The translations under genes were made by a program, and so were the position numbers. Of a stretch of DNA of 64,000 bases, positions 1 to 9,030 are shown one piece after another. A model generated the notes under the pieces. The model did no database searches. It was not told the origin of the DNA and was given only the letters and a program-made list of their open reading frames with translations. This stretch comes from a virus. Its lineage: Duplodnaviria; Heunggongvirae; Uroviricota; Caudoviricetes. The stretch's first letter is position 1. Every line of letters begins with the position of its first letter. The stretch is from IMG/VR virus record IMGVR_UViG_3300042905_002309, positions 1-64,000 of that record; one strand, given 5' to 3'.

Positions 1-378
1 TCTAAAATAATATGGGCCACCACTATAAGGTGGTACTTTATAATATCTATTAACTGAGTTTGACCACGCGTATGTTCCATTATAACTTCCTGAAGCTGCA
101 CCAGATACTAAAATGGAATTTGTACCTGTATGTGTAATGCCGAACATAATATTCGGAGTATAACTATTTGATTGTACCGCGCAATCAGCCAACGCCACGG
201 TAGCGGTTAAGGATGGGTTCAAATTCAGGTTTGATAAATTTGTACCGTTTCCTTTTAACACTCCATTAAATGTATTACTTCCTGTGTATATAGTATTGTG
301 CGGATCAGTTATAACTTGCCCAAAAGTTGAACACGCCAACCCAAAAATTGCTAAAATTGTTATTAATATTTTTCTCAT
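1..378 (-). CDS. Protein with signal-peptide-like N-terminus, running off the window edge
   Basis: Manual translation MRKILITILAIFGLACSTFGQVITDPHNT...; AAGGAG RBS upstream; no stop before position 1. Confidence 0.6.
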   Translation of the reverse strand, partial: MRKILITILAIFGLACSTFGQVITDPHNTIYTGSNTFNGVLKGNGTNLSNLNLNPSLTATVALADCAVQSNSYTPNIMFGITHTGTNSILVSGAASGSYNGTYAWSNSVNRYYKVPPYSGGPYYFR

Positions 379-386
379 ATTTCTCC

Positions 387-2792
387 TTAGTTGTATTTAT
401 AAAGTGGCATTGCAAAGGCTGAACCGTTTATTGTAATAGTTGCAAATAAGTTACTTGCGGTTAATGTTGTTACGTTTGAGTCAATTACACCAGTATATGT
501 TATACCACCTGTTGCTGATATATTACCCGTTACTGTTAAATCACCACTAATATCAACATTTTGCCCTAATCTTACACCATTTCCAGCACTTACTGTGAAT
601 TGATCTGTGTTTGTTGATGCTACTTGTGTATTATGAGAACTCCAAACATATGTTCTGTCATGTGATGCTATGGAATTATAACCTGCTGCATGTGAGTAGT
701 CTCCATTCGCTTGTGTTTGTATACCTTCGGCGTGTGAGTACAAACCAAATGCGTATGTACGAAGTCCTTCTGCGTGTGCTGCGGAATCCATAGCACTTGT
801 TTGTATACCTTCGGTGTGGGAGTGTTGACCGTATGCAAGACATGCTTCATTTTCAGAAAATGCATAAGATGTTGCTATAAATCTTCCATCAACATCCGAT
901 CCAATCTTTAAACCACTTTGTAAACTTAAAGAATTATTACCAATTCCTGAGATGCTAAATCCTCGCATGTCGATATTGCCAAACGCAGATATACTCGCAC
1001 CTGCTGTATATGGATATATATTATTTGCCGAAAAATTATTTGAAACTGTTAAATCACCACCAATTCTAGCTGTTCCATTTACATCAAGTTTAGCATTTGG
1101 GGTATCTGTTCCAATACCTACATTACCATTATATAAAGTTGTAATAATGTTAGAACCATCAGAAGCTCTCAAGTTATGTTGTGCTCCCGTTCCTACACCT
1201 TGAATTTGAGTTGCTCCGCCTGTTATTAAATAAATTCGATTGCTACCATCTGGTGTATACATCCAAGTATTATTGGGAAATTGAACATCTCCGTTTAGAT
1301 TTGTTGTTCCATTTACATCAAGTGAATAATATGGTGTAGATGTTCCTATACCTACATTACCATTACCTTTAACAACAAATCGGTCTATTGGTATAGTACC
1401 AGCAATATTTGTTGTTGCTATAACCACTTGTGATTCACCACCAGCAAAAGCGGTTTGATTTTCAAGTCTAATTTCTGATGAATACATCCCACCAGCATTA
1501 ATGTTTCCTGTTAATCCATTTGTTCTTGTAAAATTACTACCTAATGATAGATAATCTTTACCAGTATCAGCTCCATATTGATGCGTTACAAATCCTTTAG
1601 TATTACCTGTTACCATTGATATTGCACCATAACCAGCCAGTGATAATTGTGAATCTGGTGAAGTTGTCCCGATACCTACATTACCACCTGAAGTAATTGT
1701 CGTTCTTGGTAAATTATTTGTAGATATTTGCAATCCATTGCTTGGGCTACTAATCTTTGCACCACTTTGGAAACTCAGTGAATTATTACCAATTCCTGAA
1801 ATGCTATGCCCCTGCATATCAACATCACCAAATATATTAACAGGATTACCAAATATAGATGCAGTACCATCACCATAAACTCCAAACGCAGATTGGTGTC
1901 CTGAAACATAACTACCATTGGTTAATACTGCATAAGCATCTACACCAGACGCACAACTTATTTCAATGTCACCGTAGCCAGTAAATCCATCATTATTTTG
2001 TATAATGTGTATATATGGATAATCATCAGGATGTCCACTAGTGTTCGGTTTTAATAATAATCCACCATTATTTTGACTAGTTATTTTAGCACCACTTTGG
2101 AAACTCAGTGAATTATCACCAATTCCTGAAATGCTGTATCCTCGCATGTCGATATTACCATATGCTGAAATCGATGCTCCTGCTGTATATGGACTTACAC
2201 AATTCGTTGATAAACAATTACTTACTGTTACATTGGAGAAGTAATTATTAACACCTGTTAAATTATAAGTAATTGCATTTAAAGCACTTAGATTAACTGC
2301 TGTAAGATTTGTAACATATTCATTAGCAATATGTGCAATACCGCTTACAAATAAATCGTTCTGAGTTTGTAAATCACCTGCAATAGATACCCAACTATTT
2401 GAACTAATTGGTGCGTTGCTAATACTTAAATCATTAGAACCTGGTACTATAATAGGATGAATGTATATCCCAACGTCAGTACCTTCTACCTTAAATCCTG
2501 ATAATTCTTGAACTAATATATTAACCTGATTAATTGTTGCAGAAATTGCAGATAAATTACTTACTAAAAGTGTGTATGGATATGGAACAGTTACAATATT
2601 TCCAGAAAATGGTGAAATTGTGTTAGTGTCTATATCTCTTGCTGAAAGTGTTGAACCTGCTGATAAAACCATATCACCACGCCAAGGATTATCATAAGAA
2701 GCAATGGGATCATATCCAGCATCTGGTATTGTTGGGTCTTTATATGTTTGGTGCGAATATCTATGAAATTTATTATGAAATCTTGAACTCAT
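387..2792 (-). CDS. Tail-fibre/adhesin-like virion protein
   Basis: Three GNVGIGT repeats, YadA-head-like S/AHAEG repeats near the C-terminus, three internal GxxDMxGxSISGIGxNSLSxQSG repeats. Confidence 0.65.
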   Translation of the reverse strand: MSSRFHNKFHRYSHQTYKDPTIPDAGYDPIASYDNPWRGDMVLSAGSTLSARDIDTNTISPFSGNIVTVPYPYTLLVSNLSAISATINQVNILVQELSGFKVEGTDVGIYIHPIIVPGSNDLSISNAPISSNSWVSIAGDLQTQNDLFVSGIAHIANEYVTNLTAVNLSALNAITYNLTGVNNYFSNVTVSNCLSTNCVSPYTAGASISAYGNIDMRGYSISGIGDNSLSFQSGAKITSQNNGGLLLKPNTSGHPDDYPYIHIIQNNDGFTGYGDIEISCASGVDAYAVLTNGSYVSGHQSAFGVYGDGTASIFGNPVNIFGDVDMQGHSISGIGNNSLSFQSGAKISSPSNGLQISTNNLPRTTITSGGNVGIGTTSPDSQLSLAGYGAISMVTGNTKGFVTHQYGADTGKDYLSLGSNFTRTNGLTGNINAGGMYSSEIRLENQTAFAGGESQVVIATTNIAGTIPIDRFVVKGNGNVGIGTSTPYYSLDVNGTTNLNGDVQFPNNTWMYTPDGSNRIYLITGGATQIQGVGTGAQHNLRASDGSNIITTLYNGNVGIGTDTPNAKLDVNGTARIGGDLTVSNNFSANNIYPYTAGASISAFGNIDMRGFSISGIGNNSLSLQSGLKIGSDVDGRFIATSYAFSENEACLAYGQHSHTEGIQTSAMDSAAHAEGLRTYAFGLYSHAEGIQTQANGDYSHAAGYNSIASHDRTYVWSSHNTQVASTNTDQFTVSAGNGVRLGQNVDISGDLTVTGNISATGGITYTGVIDSNVTTLTASNLFATITINGSAFAMPLYKYN

Positions 2793-2882
2793 TTAAAACA
2801 TCCTTTCAAGCCTCTACTAATGTAGGAACGGCAACATACCGCTACTAATATTAAAGCTGTTTTAAATATTTAGTAATCTATC

Positions 2883-3668
2883 TCAAGTTTTAGCAATATA
2901 TTTCATACAATTGGCAATAGCCTGAATTTCCATATTCTTTCTAGCTACGTCTGTATAACTGGCAATATGTGGTGTTAAAACAGTATTTTTGAGTGTTTTT
3001 AATTTTCCTTCATATGGTTCTTGTGAAAAAACGTCTAAAATTGCTGTCATAGCGGGATTATCAACCAAAATGTCAAATAAAGCTTCTTCGTCTATTATAT
3101 CACCTCTCGATGTGTTGATTAAACATGCATCCTTTTTCATAAGGGATAATAAACGCTTGCCAATAAAATGATAATTACCTTTACACATCGGTATATGAAT
3201 TGTTATAATATCAGAAGTGTGTAATAACCATTCTTTCGTACTGTTAGATAAATCTGGTATAATATCATACACATTTATCTCACATCCAAATGGTAGTAAT
3301 AAATAGTGTACTTTTGAACCTATATTACCATTCCCAATAATACCAACAGTCAAAGACTTCAATTCTTTACCAATTTTCTTATTGTCCCAAGTAGATTCAT
3401 TAAATTTCCTAATGTGATTAAGAATTTGGAATACAACATATTCAGCAACGGCTTGAACTGGTGCATATGGTGTATTTTCTATCGCAATACCATGTTCTTT
3501 ACAGTAATCTTCGTCAATATTGTCAATTCCACTACCTCTTCGTGAAATAACCTTCAAATTTGGATATTGTGCTAATACTTCTGCATCATATTTCTCTATT
3601 CCAGCTAAAATTGCAAAGGTGAGATCATTTTTATGAGTTTCACCACCATGTTTATCTATTTTAATCAT
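2883..3668 (-). CDS. D-isomer-specific 2-hydroxyacid dehydrogenase (SerA-like)
   Basis: ISRRGSGIDNID, GIIGNGNIG Rossmann motif, INTSRG, LDVFSQEP, LTPHIA. Confidence 0.85.
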   Translation of the reverse strand: MIKIDKHGGETHKNDLTFAILAGIEKYDAEVLAQYPNLKVISRRGSGIDNIDEDYCKEHGIAIENTPYAPVQAVAEYVVFQILNHIRKFNESTWDNKKIGKELKSLTVGIIGNGNIGSKVHYLLLPFGCEINVYDIIPDLSNSTKEWLLHTSDIITIHIPMCKGNYHFIGKRLLSLMKKDACLINTSRGDIIDEEALFDILVDNPAMTAILDVFSQEPYEGKLKTLKNTVLTPHIASYTDVARKNMEIQAIANCMKYIAKT

Positions 3669-3724
3669 GTTAATTATTATATCAGAAAATCCTAAAAATA
3701 CAACTATACTTTACTAAATAATTA

Positions 3725-3790
3725 TAGCAGTAATCAAAGATGTTGAAGCATACTTTGAAACAAGTGGAGTGAATACTCGCTGTCCTGCTA
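3725..3790 (+). ncRNA. Structured 5' leader RNA (three-way junction) of HNH gene, copy 1
   Basis: TAGCAG/CTGCTA closing stem plus two hairpins; second copy at 59696-59762 with compensatory changes. Confidence 0.6.
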
Positions 3791-3815
3791 CAAAATTATT
3801 TATAAGGAGTGTATC

Positions 3816-4502
3816 ATGTATCAAGAAACAAAAGTTTGTTCCACCTGTTCTCAACCTAAAACATTAGACAGTTTTTCAAAAAAGAAATCAGCTAAAGACG
3901 GATTACACCCTATTTGTAAATCGTGTACTAAAAGTTACAAAAAACAATATTATATAACAAATTTAAAAACAATACAAGAAAAGCGAATAGTATATAATCA
4001 AGAAAACGTAGAAAAAAGAAAAGAACGAGATAATGAATACTATATAAAAAATCGTGATAAGCACATTGAAACTTCAAAACAATTTAGAAAAAATAATCCA
4101 AATTATATGAAACAATATCGAAAAGATAACGCCGAAAAAATAGCTATAGATAAAAAGGCATACAAAGCTAATAAACTTAAAACCGATATTAATTATAAAA
4201 TAACAGAATATTATAGAGCAAGGGTAAGATTAGCTTTAAAGAACAATCAAAAAACTGGCTCAACTCTCGATCTTATAGGATGTACAATAGAAGAACTTAA
4301 AAATTATATACAGCCATTATTTAAACTAAACATGTCTTGGGATAATTATGGTAAGAATGGTTGGCATATAGATCATATAATACCGTGTAGTTCATTTGAC
4401 TTATCCGACCCAGAACAACAGCGTAAATGTTTTCATTATACTAATTTACAACCGTTATGGTGGTATGAAAACTTAGAAAAGAGTGCTAAAATAATTAATT
4501 GA
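3816..4502 (+). CDS. HNH homing-type endonuclease with N-terminal CxxC zinc finger
   Basis: CSTC...CKSC; MSWDNYG-WHIDHIIPC...CFHYTNLQPLW; antisense to neighbours. Confidence 0.8.
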   Translation: MYQETKVCSTCSQPKTLDSFSKKKSAKDGLHPICKSCTKSYKKQYYITNLKTIQEKRIVYNQENVEKRKERDNEYYIKNRDKHIETSKQFRKNNPNYMKQYRKDNAEKIAIDKKAYKANKLKTDINYKITEYYRARVRLALKNNQKTGSTLDLIGCTIEELKNYIQPLFKLNMSWDNYGKNGWHIDHIIPCSSFDLSDPEQQRKCFHYTNLQPLWWYENLEKSAKIIN

Positions 4503-6011
4503 TTATCGTAGATTATTCCAATACTCTACCATTAAATTTTTATATACCATATCATCTGTTTCAGCTAATTTGATTTCGTCCCAACGATCCTTATCAAATC
4601 TAACATACATAGGAAAGGTTCTCAATAGCCCCACAACGTCTTTTGGTGGTAGTTGTGGCATGTTGAGATAGATGGAGATGTGGAAGCCACCATAGGGCAT
4701 ATTCAAGTACTCATCTAAATTAAAATATCCCTTCTCTAAACAATACTTTTGTAAGTCTGTACCACCTGTAGGAACGTATGTAGAAATAACTTGATTAACG
4801 TCATTAGACCAATTTGTTATTTGTCTATTTAATTCTATGGTGTCAAATACCATTTCTCTAGTCTCATCTGGTAAACCTATGATATTATTTGTTGTAAATT
4901 TTATGCCATTTAATTTTAATATATTAGCAGATCGTAAAAATTGATCGTTGGTAAAGCGTTTATTTAATATATTCATTCTATATTCTTCATTACCAGATTC
5001 AAGACCAATTGAAATTCTACTACAACCCATTTCCTTTAAAATTGCTGTATTTTCTTCTGTAATATTTTCACTACGTGCCTCACACCAAAACGGTATATTG
5101 AATTGTTTGTAAAATTCTGCAAATTCCTTAACATGTTCATCAGATCGTGCAAAGAAGGTTTCAGAAGAGAAATAAATGAATTCTGGTTTATGTTTATTGA
5201 TCTGGTATGTCAATTCTTCTTTAATACGATCAATGTTCTTAACTCTGCCATATTTATGTCCACCCTCTTTGTAAATTCGTTTAAGTTGTGGTGCTGAACA
5301 ATATGTACAATTATATGGGCAACCTATATCGAACCAGAAGGGTAGAATCTTCAACATCTTTCCAAACATTGGTCTATAGTGGCGTTTAGGTTCAAATAGG
5401 TCAAAATCATCAAATGGAATGGTATTAATGTCGATTGGTGGACGCATGGGGTTTTTGTGTATATTATTTGGATATGTAGCATCTTTAACCCATAAATTTT
5501 TAATATTATAAACCTTGTTTCCTTGTTGTTTTTCTATAATCTGGCACAATTCGTAAAGAGCTTCATATCCCTCTCCAATACATATAGAATCTACATCAGG
5601 GTTAGCTATGGCGTGTTCAGGAAAAAATGTTGGATAAATACCACCCATTATAATATGTAATTCTGGATATCTATCATGAATATTCTCAATAAGACTTTCA
5701 GCAATCTTATGTGTGAAATCATTACAAGAAATAGCCAATACATCTGGTTTAAAATCCTCTAACTTATTCACAAAATCTTGATGCATGTCTGTGGTCTTAT
5801 ATCCTACATCAGCGTCAGAGAATTTAAATGGTTTGTTCTGACAGATTTCTACACGCATTTCATCAGCACTTTTTTCCATGATCTTATAAAAGGTTGTATC
5901 AAATAAATCAACTTCTACACCACGCTCTTTAAGATGAGCTGACATACTGGTAATGGCTGTAGGGATAACCATCATTAGAGGTAAGTTAGGATATAGGAAT
6001 AAGACTTTCAT
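4503..6011 (-). CDS. Cobalamin-binding radical SAM enzyme
   Basis: N-terminal B12-binding-like domain (GGIYPT, GEGYE); CPYNCTYC; GLESG; start placed at MKVLFLYP. Confidence 0.85.
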   Translation of the reverse strand: MKVLFLYPNLPLMMVIPTAITSMSAHLKERGVEVDLFDTTFYKIMEKSADEMRVEICQNKPFKFSDADVGYKTTDMHQDFVNKLEDFKPDVLAISCNDFTHKIAESLIENIHDRYPELHIIMGGIYPTFFPEHAIANPDVDSICIGEGYEALYELCQIIEKQQGNKVYNIKNLWVKDATYPNNIHKNPMRPPIDINTIPFDDFDLFEPKRHYRPMFGKMLKILPFWFDIGCPYNCTYCSAPQLKRIYKEGGHKYGRVKNIDRIKEELTYQINKHKPEFIYFSSETFFARSDEHVKEFAEFYKQFNIPFWCEARSENITEENTAILKEMGCSRISIGLESGNEEYRMNILNKRFTNDQFLRSANILKLNGIKFTTNNIIGLPDETREMVFDTIELNRQITNWSNDVNQVISTYVPTGGTDLQKYCLEKGYFNLDEYLNMPYGGFHISIYLNMPQLPPKDVVGLLRTFPMYVRFDKDRWDEIKLAETDDMVYKNLMVEYWNNLR

Positions 6012-6538
6012 AGTCCACCTGAACAACTATCAACATATTCTACACGATCACATGGAGCATGACCAATAAGATATCTACTAGGTGAATCTTCGTGACCATC
6101 ATCATAATCAGCATCCCATCTTTGTTTTCCTGAAACTGAACCACATCTTTTACTAAACTCTTCGTCTGTTAATAATTTATCGGGATTTAATTCTTTATTA
6201 AATTCAAACTTCCATATAAATTTTGATTGATGTAAATCATTTTCTCTCATTGGTTTTATGTCCGTATCAGTAACATATCCTTCAAAATTATTATCACAAC
6301 ATGTATGAAATTTTCCAATAATTATAAATTTGCCATTTTCAATAGCCTTTTTACAATTTTCATATGTTTGATATTCAAGATTTCCTTCATTATAAATATC
6401 ATCACCATATTTCTTATAAAAATACTTGGTCAATTCAGCAACAGAGTTAATTGTTATTCCATTTTCTTCTAAATCAATACATACGTTGATATTAATTTTA
6501 GTTGATTTGTTACACGCTACTATATAATTACTGTTCAT
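6008..6538 (-). CDS. Hypothetical protein
   Basis: 176-aa ORF overlapping both neighbours by 4 nt. Confidence 0.6.
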   Translation of the reverse strand: MNSNYIVACNKSTKININVCIDLEENGITINSVAELTKYFYKKYGDDIYNEGNLEYQTYENCKKAIENGKFIIIGKFHTCCDNNFEGYVTDTDIKPMRENDLHQSKFIWKFEFNKELNPDKLLTDEEFSKRCGSVSGKQRWDADYDDGHEDSPSRYLIGHAPCDRVEYVDSCSGGL

Positions 6539-7374
6539 TTAGTTCCTTTCAATAATTCGTCTTGATACATATACCAAAGTTCTACATAATGTTTAGAGTG
6601 ATCATTTAAACAAGATTTGAATAATATATCATAAGTTGTGTTATTGTCAATTAGTTTCTTTAATTGATTAGGTTTCGGTCCACAAAAATGTATGATACTT
6701 GCATCACGATTAACACCAAAGAAACTATGCCAATTATTCTCTAATCCGATATCAGTTACCAATCCTTTAAAAAAGGTGTTATAGGCACCCTGAGTGGTTG
6801 TATCCCCTATGGCAAATGTGTAATCACTTTCAATATAAAACTTCTTGAAGTCTTCATGGTATTTTTTATATTCATGTATATTGAAAAGCATCACACCGTT
6901 GTTAAAGAAATCATCTTCTCTCGTGGCAACACCTAGTGGAGTTTTAACAAGAGGAAAAACAGGGTCTTTCAAAAACATTACATCACAATCACAATATAAC
7001 ACATATTCTTCATCTGGAAATAAATCGGGTATATCCATTCTCATACTTTCAGTGATAATGAATGTTTTATTGTAATATTCGGGATAATGTTTATACATAT
7101 CTTCGATGTATTTATTTTTGCATTGTATTTTATTAAAATCAAAGTGTTTTATCTGTTTGATAAATGATAACTCATGATAGATTATTGGTATGTCGTTATC
7201 TTCTAACCATCCTGTTGTTCGGTCTTGATAACCATCCCAAATTACAACAGGTTCAAGTGTTGTATTGACTTTTAAGGAGTTTATTGCAACCTTTAAAAGA
7301 TTGTGTGACGAATAGCTATTGTAATCGCTGTTAGTTGTGAATACTACTTTCATAATACATTCTTCAATTGCCAA
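6535..7374 (-). CDS. Glycosyltransferase family 8-like
   Basis: VLYCDCD (DxD), FNNGVMLFN, QGAYN, IIHFCGPKP. Confidence 0.8.
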   Translation of the reverse strand: MAIEECIMKVVFTTNSDYNSYSSHNLLKVAINSLKVNTTLEPVVIWDGYQDRTTGWLEDNDIPIIYHELSFIKQIKHFDFNKIQCKNKYIEDMYKHYPEYYNKTFIITESMRMDIPDLFPDEEYVLYCDCDVMFLKDPVFPLVKTPLGVATREDDFFNNGVMLFNIHEYKKYHEDFKKFYIESDYTFAIGDTTTQGAYNTFFKGLVTDIGLENNWHSFFGVNRDASIIHFCGPKPNQLKKLIDNNTTYDILFKSCLNDHSKHYVELWYMYQDELLKGTK

Positions 7375-8051
7375 GGTGAATCCAATTCCATTATACCGTA
7401 AGCTTGGACATAAGGCATAATCTTCTTACCTAGCCATGTGAACGGTGGTATGCCATTATTAGCTACAAGCACATCACGTTTCACTATCCAAAATCCGCCA
7501 TTAAAGAAATACGTATCTTCAAATGCATTCTTATCATTTAGGTCTACTTTATTCTCTTTAATAACATCTGGATCAATCCAATTTTTTAATGATCCATTAA
7601 CATCTTTATATGCTCTGAAAGGATTAAACATATTGAAACATGAGACAGACACACAAGAATCGAATGTAGGACGCTCCATTAAACTGTGTGTTGCTGAACT
7701 TAAAGATTGAGGTGTTGCCCCACCACGACAATTTCCTAATAATATTGTTAAATAATCAAGTTTTCCGTGAATTTTTTCAATAGCTTCCAATCCTTGTAAA
7801 ATAGCTTCATAGTGATGATTACCATCCTTTTTGTATTTAGAAGTATCTTCTTTAATAAATTGTTTAGGTGGCACAATTAGTTCATCATAATCATAGTCAG
7901 TAATTACATATACTTGATCATAAATTCCACTTAACCATGCGGCACGTAGATTATATTTATACAACTGGATGCCATCACTTGTTACTGCTAAATTCTTATG
8001 TGGGATACTTTTACTCTTAGCACTTATTGTTTGTAATGCACAATGTTTCAT
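7350..8051 (-). CDS. Cytidylyltransferase (NeuA/CMP-sugar synthetase-like)
   Basis: AKSKSIPHKN (RxxSKxxxxKN-like), FFNGGFWI, ELDSPWQ. Confidence 0.75.
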   Translation of the reverse strand: MKHCALQTISAKSKSIPHKNLAVTSDGIQLYKYNLRAAWLSGIYDQVYVITDYDYDELIVPPKQFIKEDTSKYKKDGNHHYEAILQGLEAIEKIHGKLDYLTILLGNCRGGATPQSLSSATHSLMERPTFDSCVSVSCFNMFNPFRAYKDVNGSLKNWIDPDVIKENKVDLNDKNAFEDTYFFNGGFWIVKRDVLVANNGIPPFTWLGKKIMPYVQAYGIMELDSPWQLKNVL

Positions 8052-8995
8052 AATTCCTTTTCAAGTGTCGATTTTCGAAACGTATCTAGTTTACTACCTT
8101 CTGTACAATTTACAATATCTAAATCCAACTGATAAATTTCGATCATATTTTTCAACAAATCAAATGATTCTAGCTGAATTGCGGTTAAAGTGTTTCTGTC
8201 ACAGGTATGGCAGATTCTATGTTTGGTGTTATATTCCTTGTTGTGGAAATAGTTATCAAACCAGAATGTTTTTGATGTATCAACAATATCATTATTCACT
8301 TCAAAATTAAAATCAAATCCTAATAATATGATCTTCTTATATCCCATCAAATAACCAATTAACGATGCAAAATAACCTGAGTTACCCCCAACATTCACAA
8401 AATTATCGAAACTTGTAGGTGGTATCCAACCCACATTAAATCTTGGCAACGCTATGTAATCCCCACTATCGATGGGAATACCTTCTATTAATTTATAAAA
8501 TCCTAAAGCGTTTAATTTTTTATATTCTTTCCATAAAGGATTTTCTAACACTTTGGACATCTTACGTATAATTTCTTCTTGGGTGTATTTTTCCGATAAC
8601 ATTTCTCTAAGGTAAATAAGCTCAGTCATTAAAGGGTATGTAAATTTTGTTGTATCAAATTTAACATCTGTTGGTTGAGTTGGTGTAATAAACTGAATTT
8701 TATCGTAAGTCTCTTTATCTGGCATGTTTTGAAATAAATCCGTAGAATATTGTCGATTGATTATACAAAAGAATTTATCACATTTTAGGTAATTATTTTT
8801 GATGAATCCTAAGACTTCGGTTTTATCCCAAAATTTATAGTCATAAGTAAGAAATCCAAAATATTTAGGAAACCAATTAAGTTCTTGGTATCTAATGAAG
8901 GCACCATTTAATCCAAATGTGTCGTAATTAGATAATGTATTTAAATCGATGTTTGCTAGGGATTTTCCATTACCTAAAATTATAAGTGTTTTCAT
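8048..8995 (-). CDS. Maf/DUF115 or GT42-like (sialyltransferase-like) transferase
   Basis: IILGNGKSL...FGLN; NSG...GYKKIILLGFDF; IVNCT. Confidence 0.6.
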   Translation of the reverse strand: MKTLIILGNGKSLANIDLNTLSNYDTFGLNGAFIRYQELNWFPKYFGFLTYDYKFWDKTEVLGFIKNNYLKCDKFFCIINRQYSTDLFQNMPDKETYDKIQFITPTQPTDVKFDTTKFTYPLMTELIYLREMLSEKYTQEEIIRKMSKVLENPLWKEYKKLNALGFYKLIEGIPIDSGDYIALPRFNVGWIPPTSFDNFVNVGGNSGYFASLIGYLMGYKKIILLGFDFNFEVNNDIVDTSKTFWFDNYFHNKEYNTKHRICHTCDRNTLTAIQLESFDLLKNMIEIYQLDLDIVNCTEGSKLDTFRKSTLEKEL

Positions 8996-9002
8996 TCTTA
9001 TT

Positions 9003-9030
9003 ACTTTAGCATAATTTTGTCGGAAGTCAA
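9003..9030 (-). promoter_or_regulatory. Sigma70-like promoter of the sugar operon
   Basis: TTGACT-N16-TAAAGT with extended TG. Confidence 0.5.

Noticed and set aside
905-2195. Diversity-generating retroelement template/variable repeats
   Set aside because: All copies are in-frame within one gene, differences are not adenine-specific, and no reverse transcriptase is present in the window.
3725-3790. Hammerhead ribozyme or SAM-I riboswitch
   Set aside because: GAAAC..GTC is present but the CUGANGA core is not; SAM-I consensus elements are absent.
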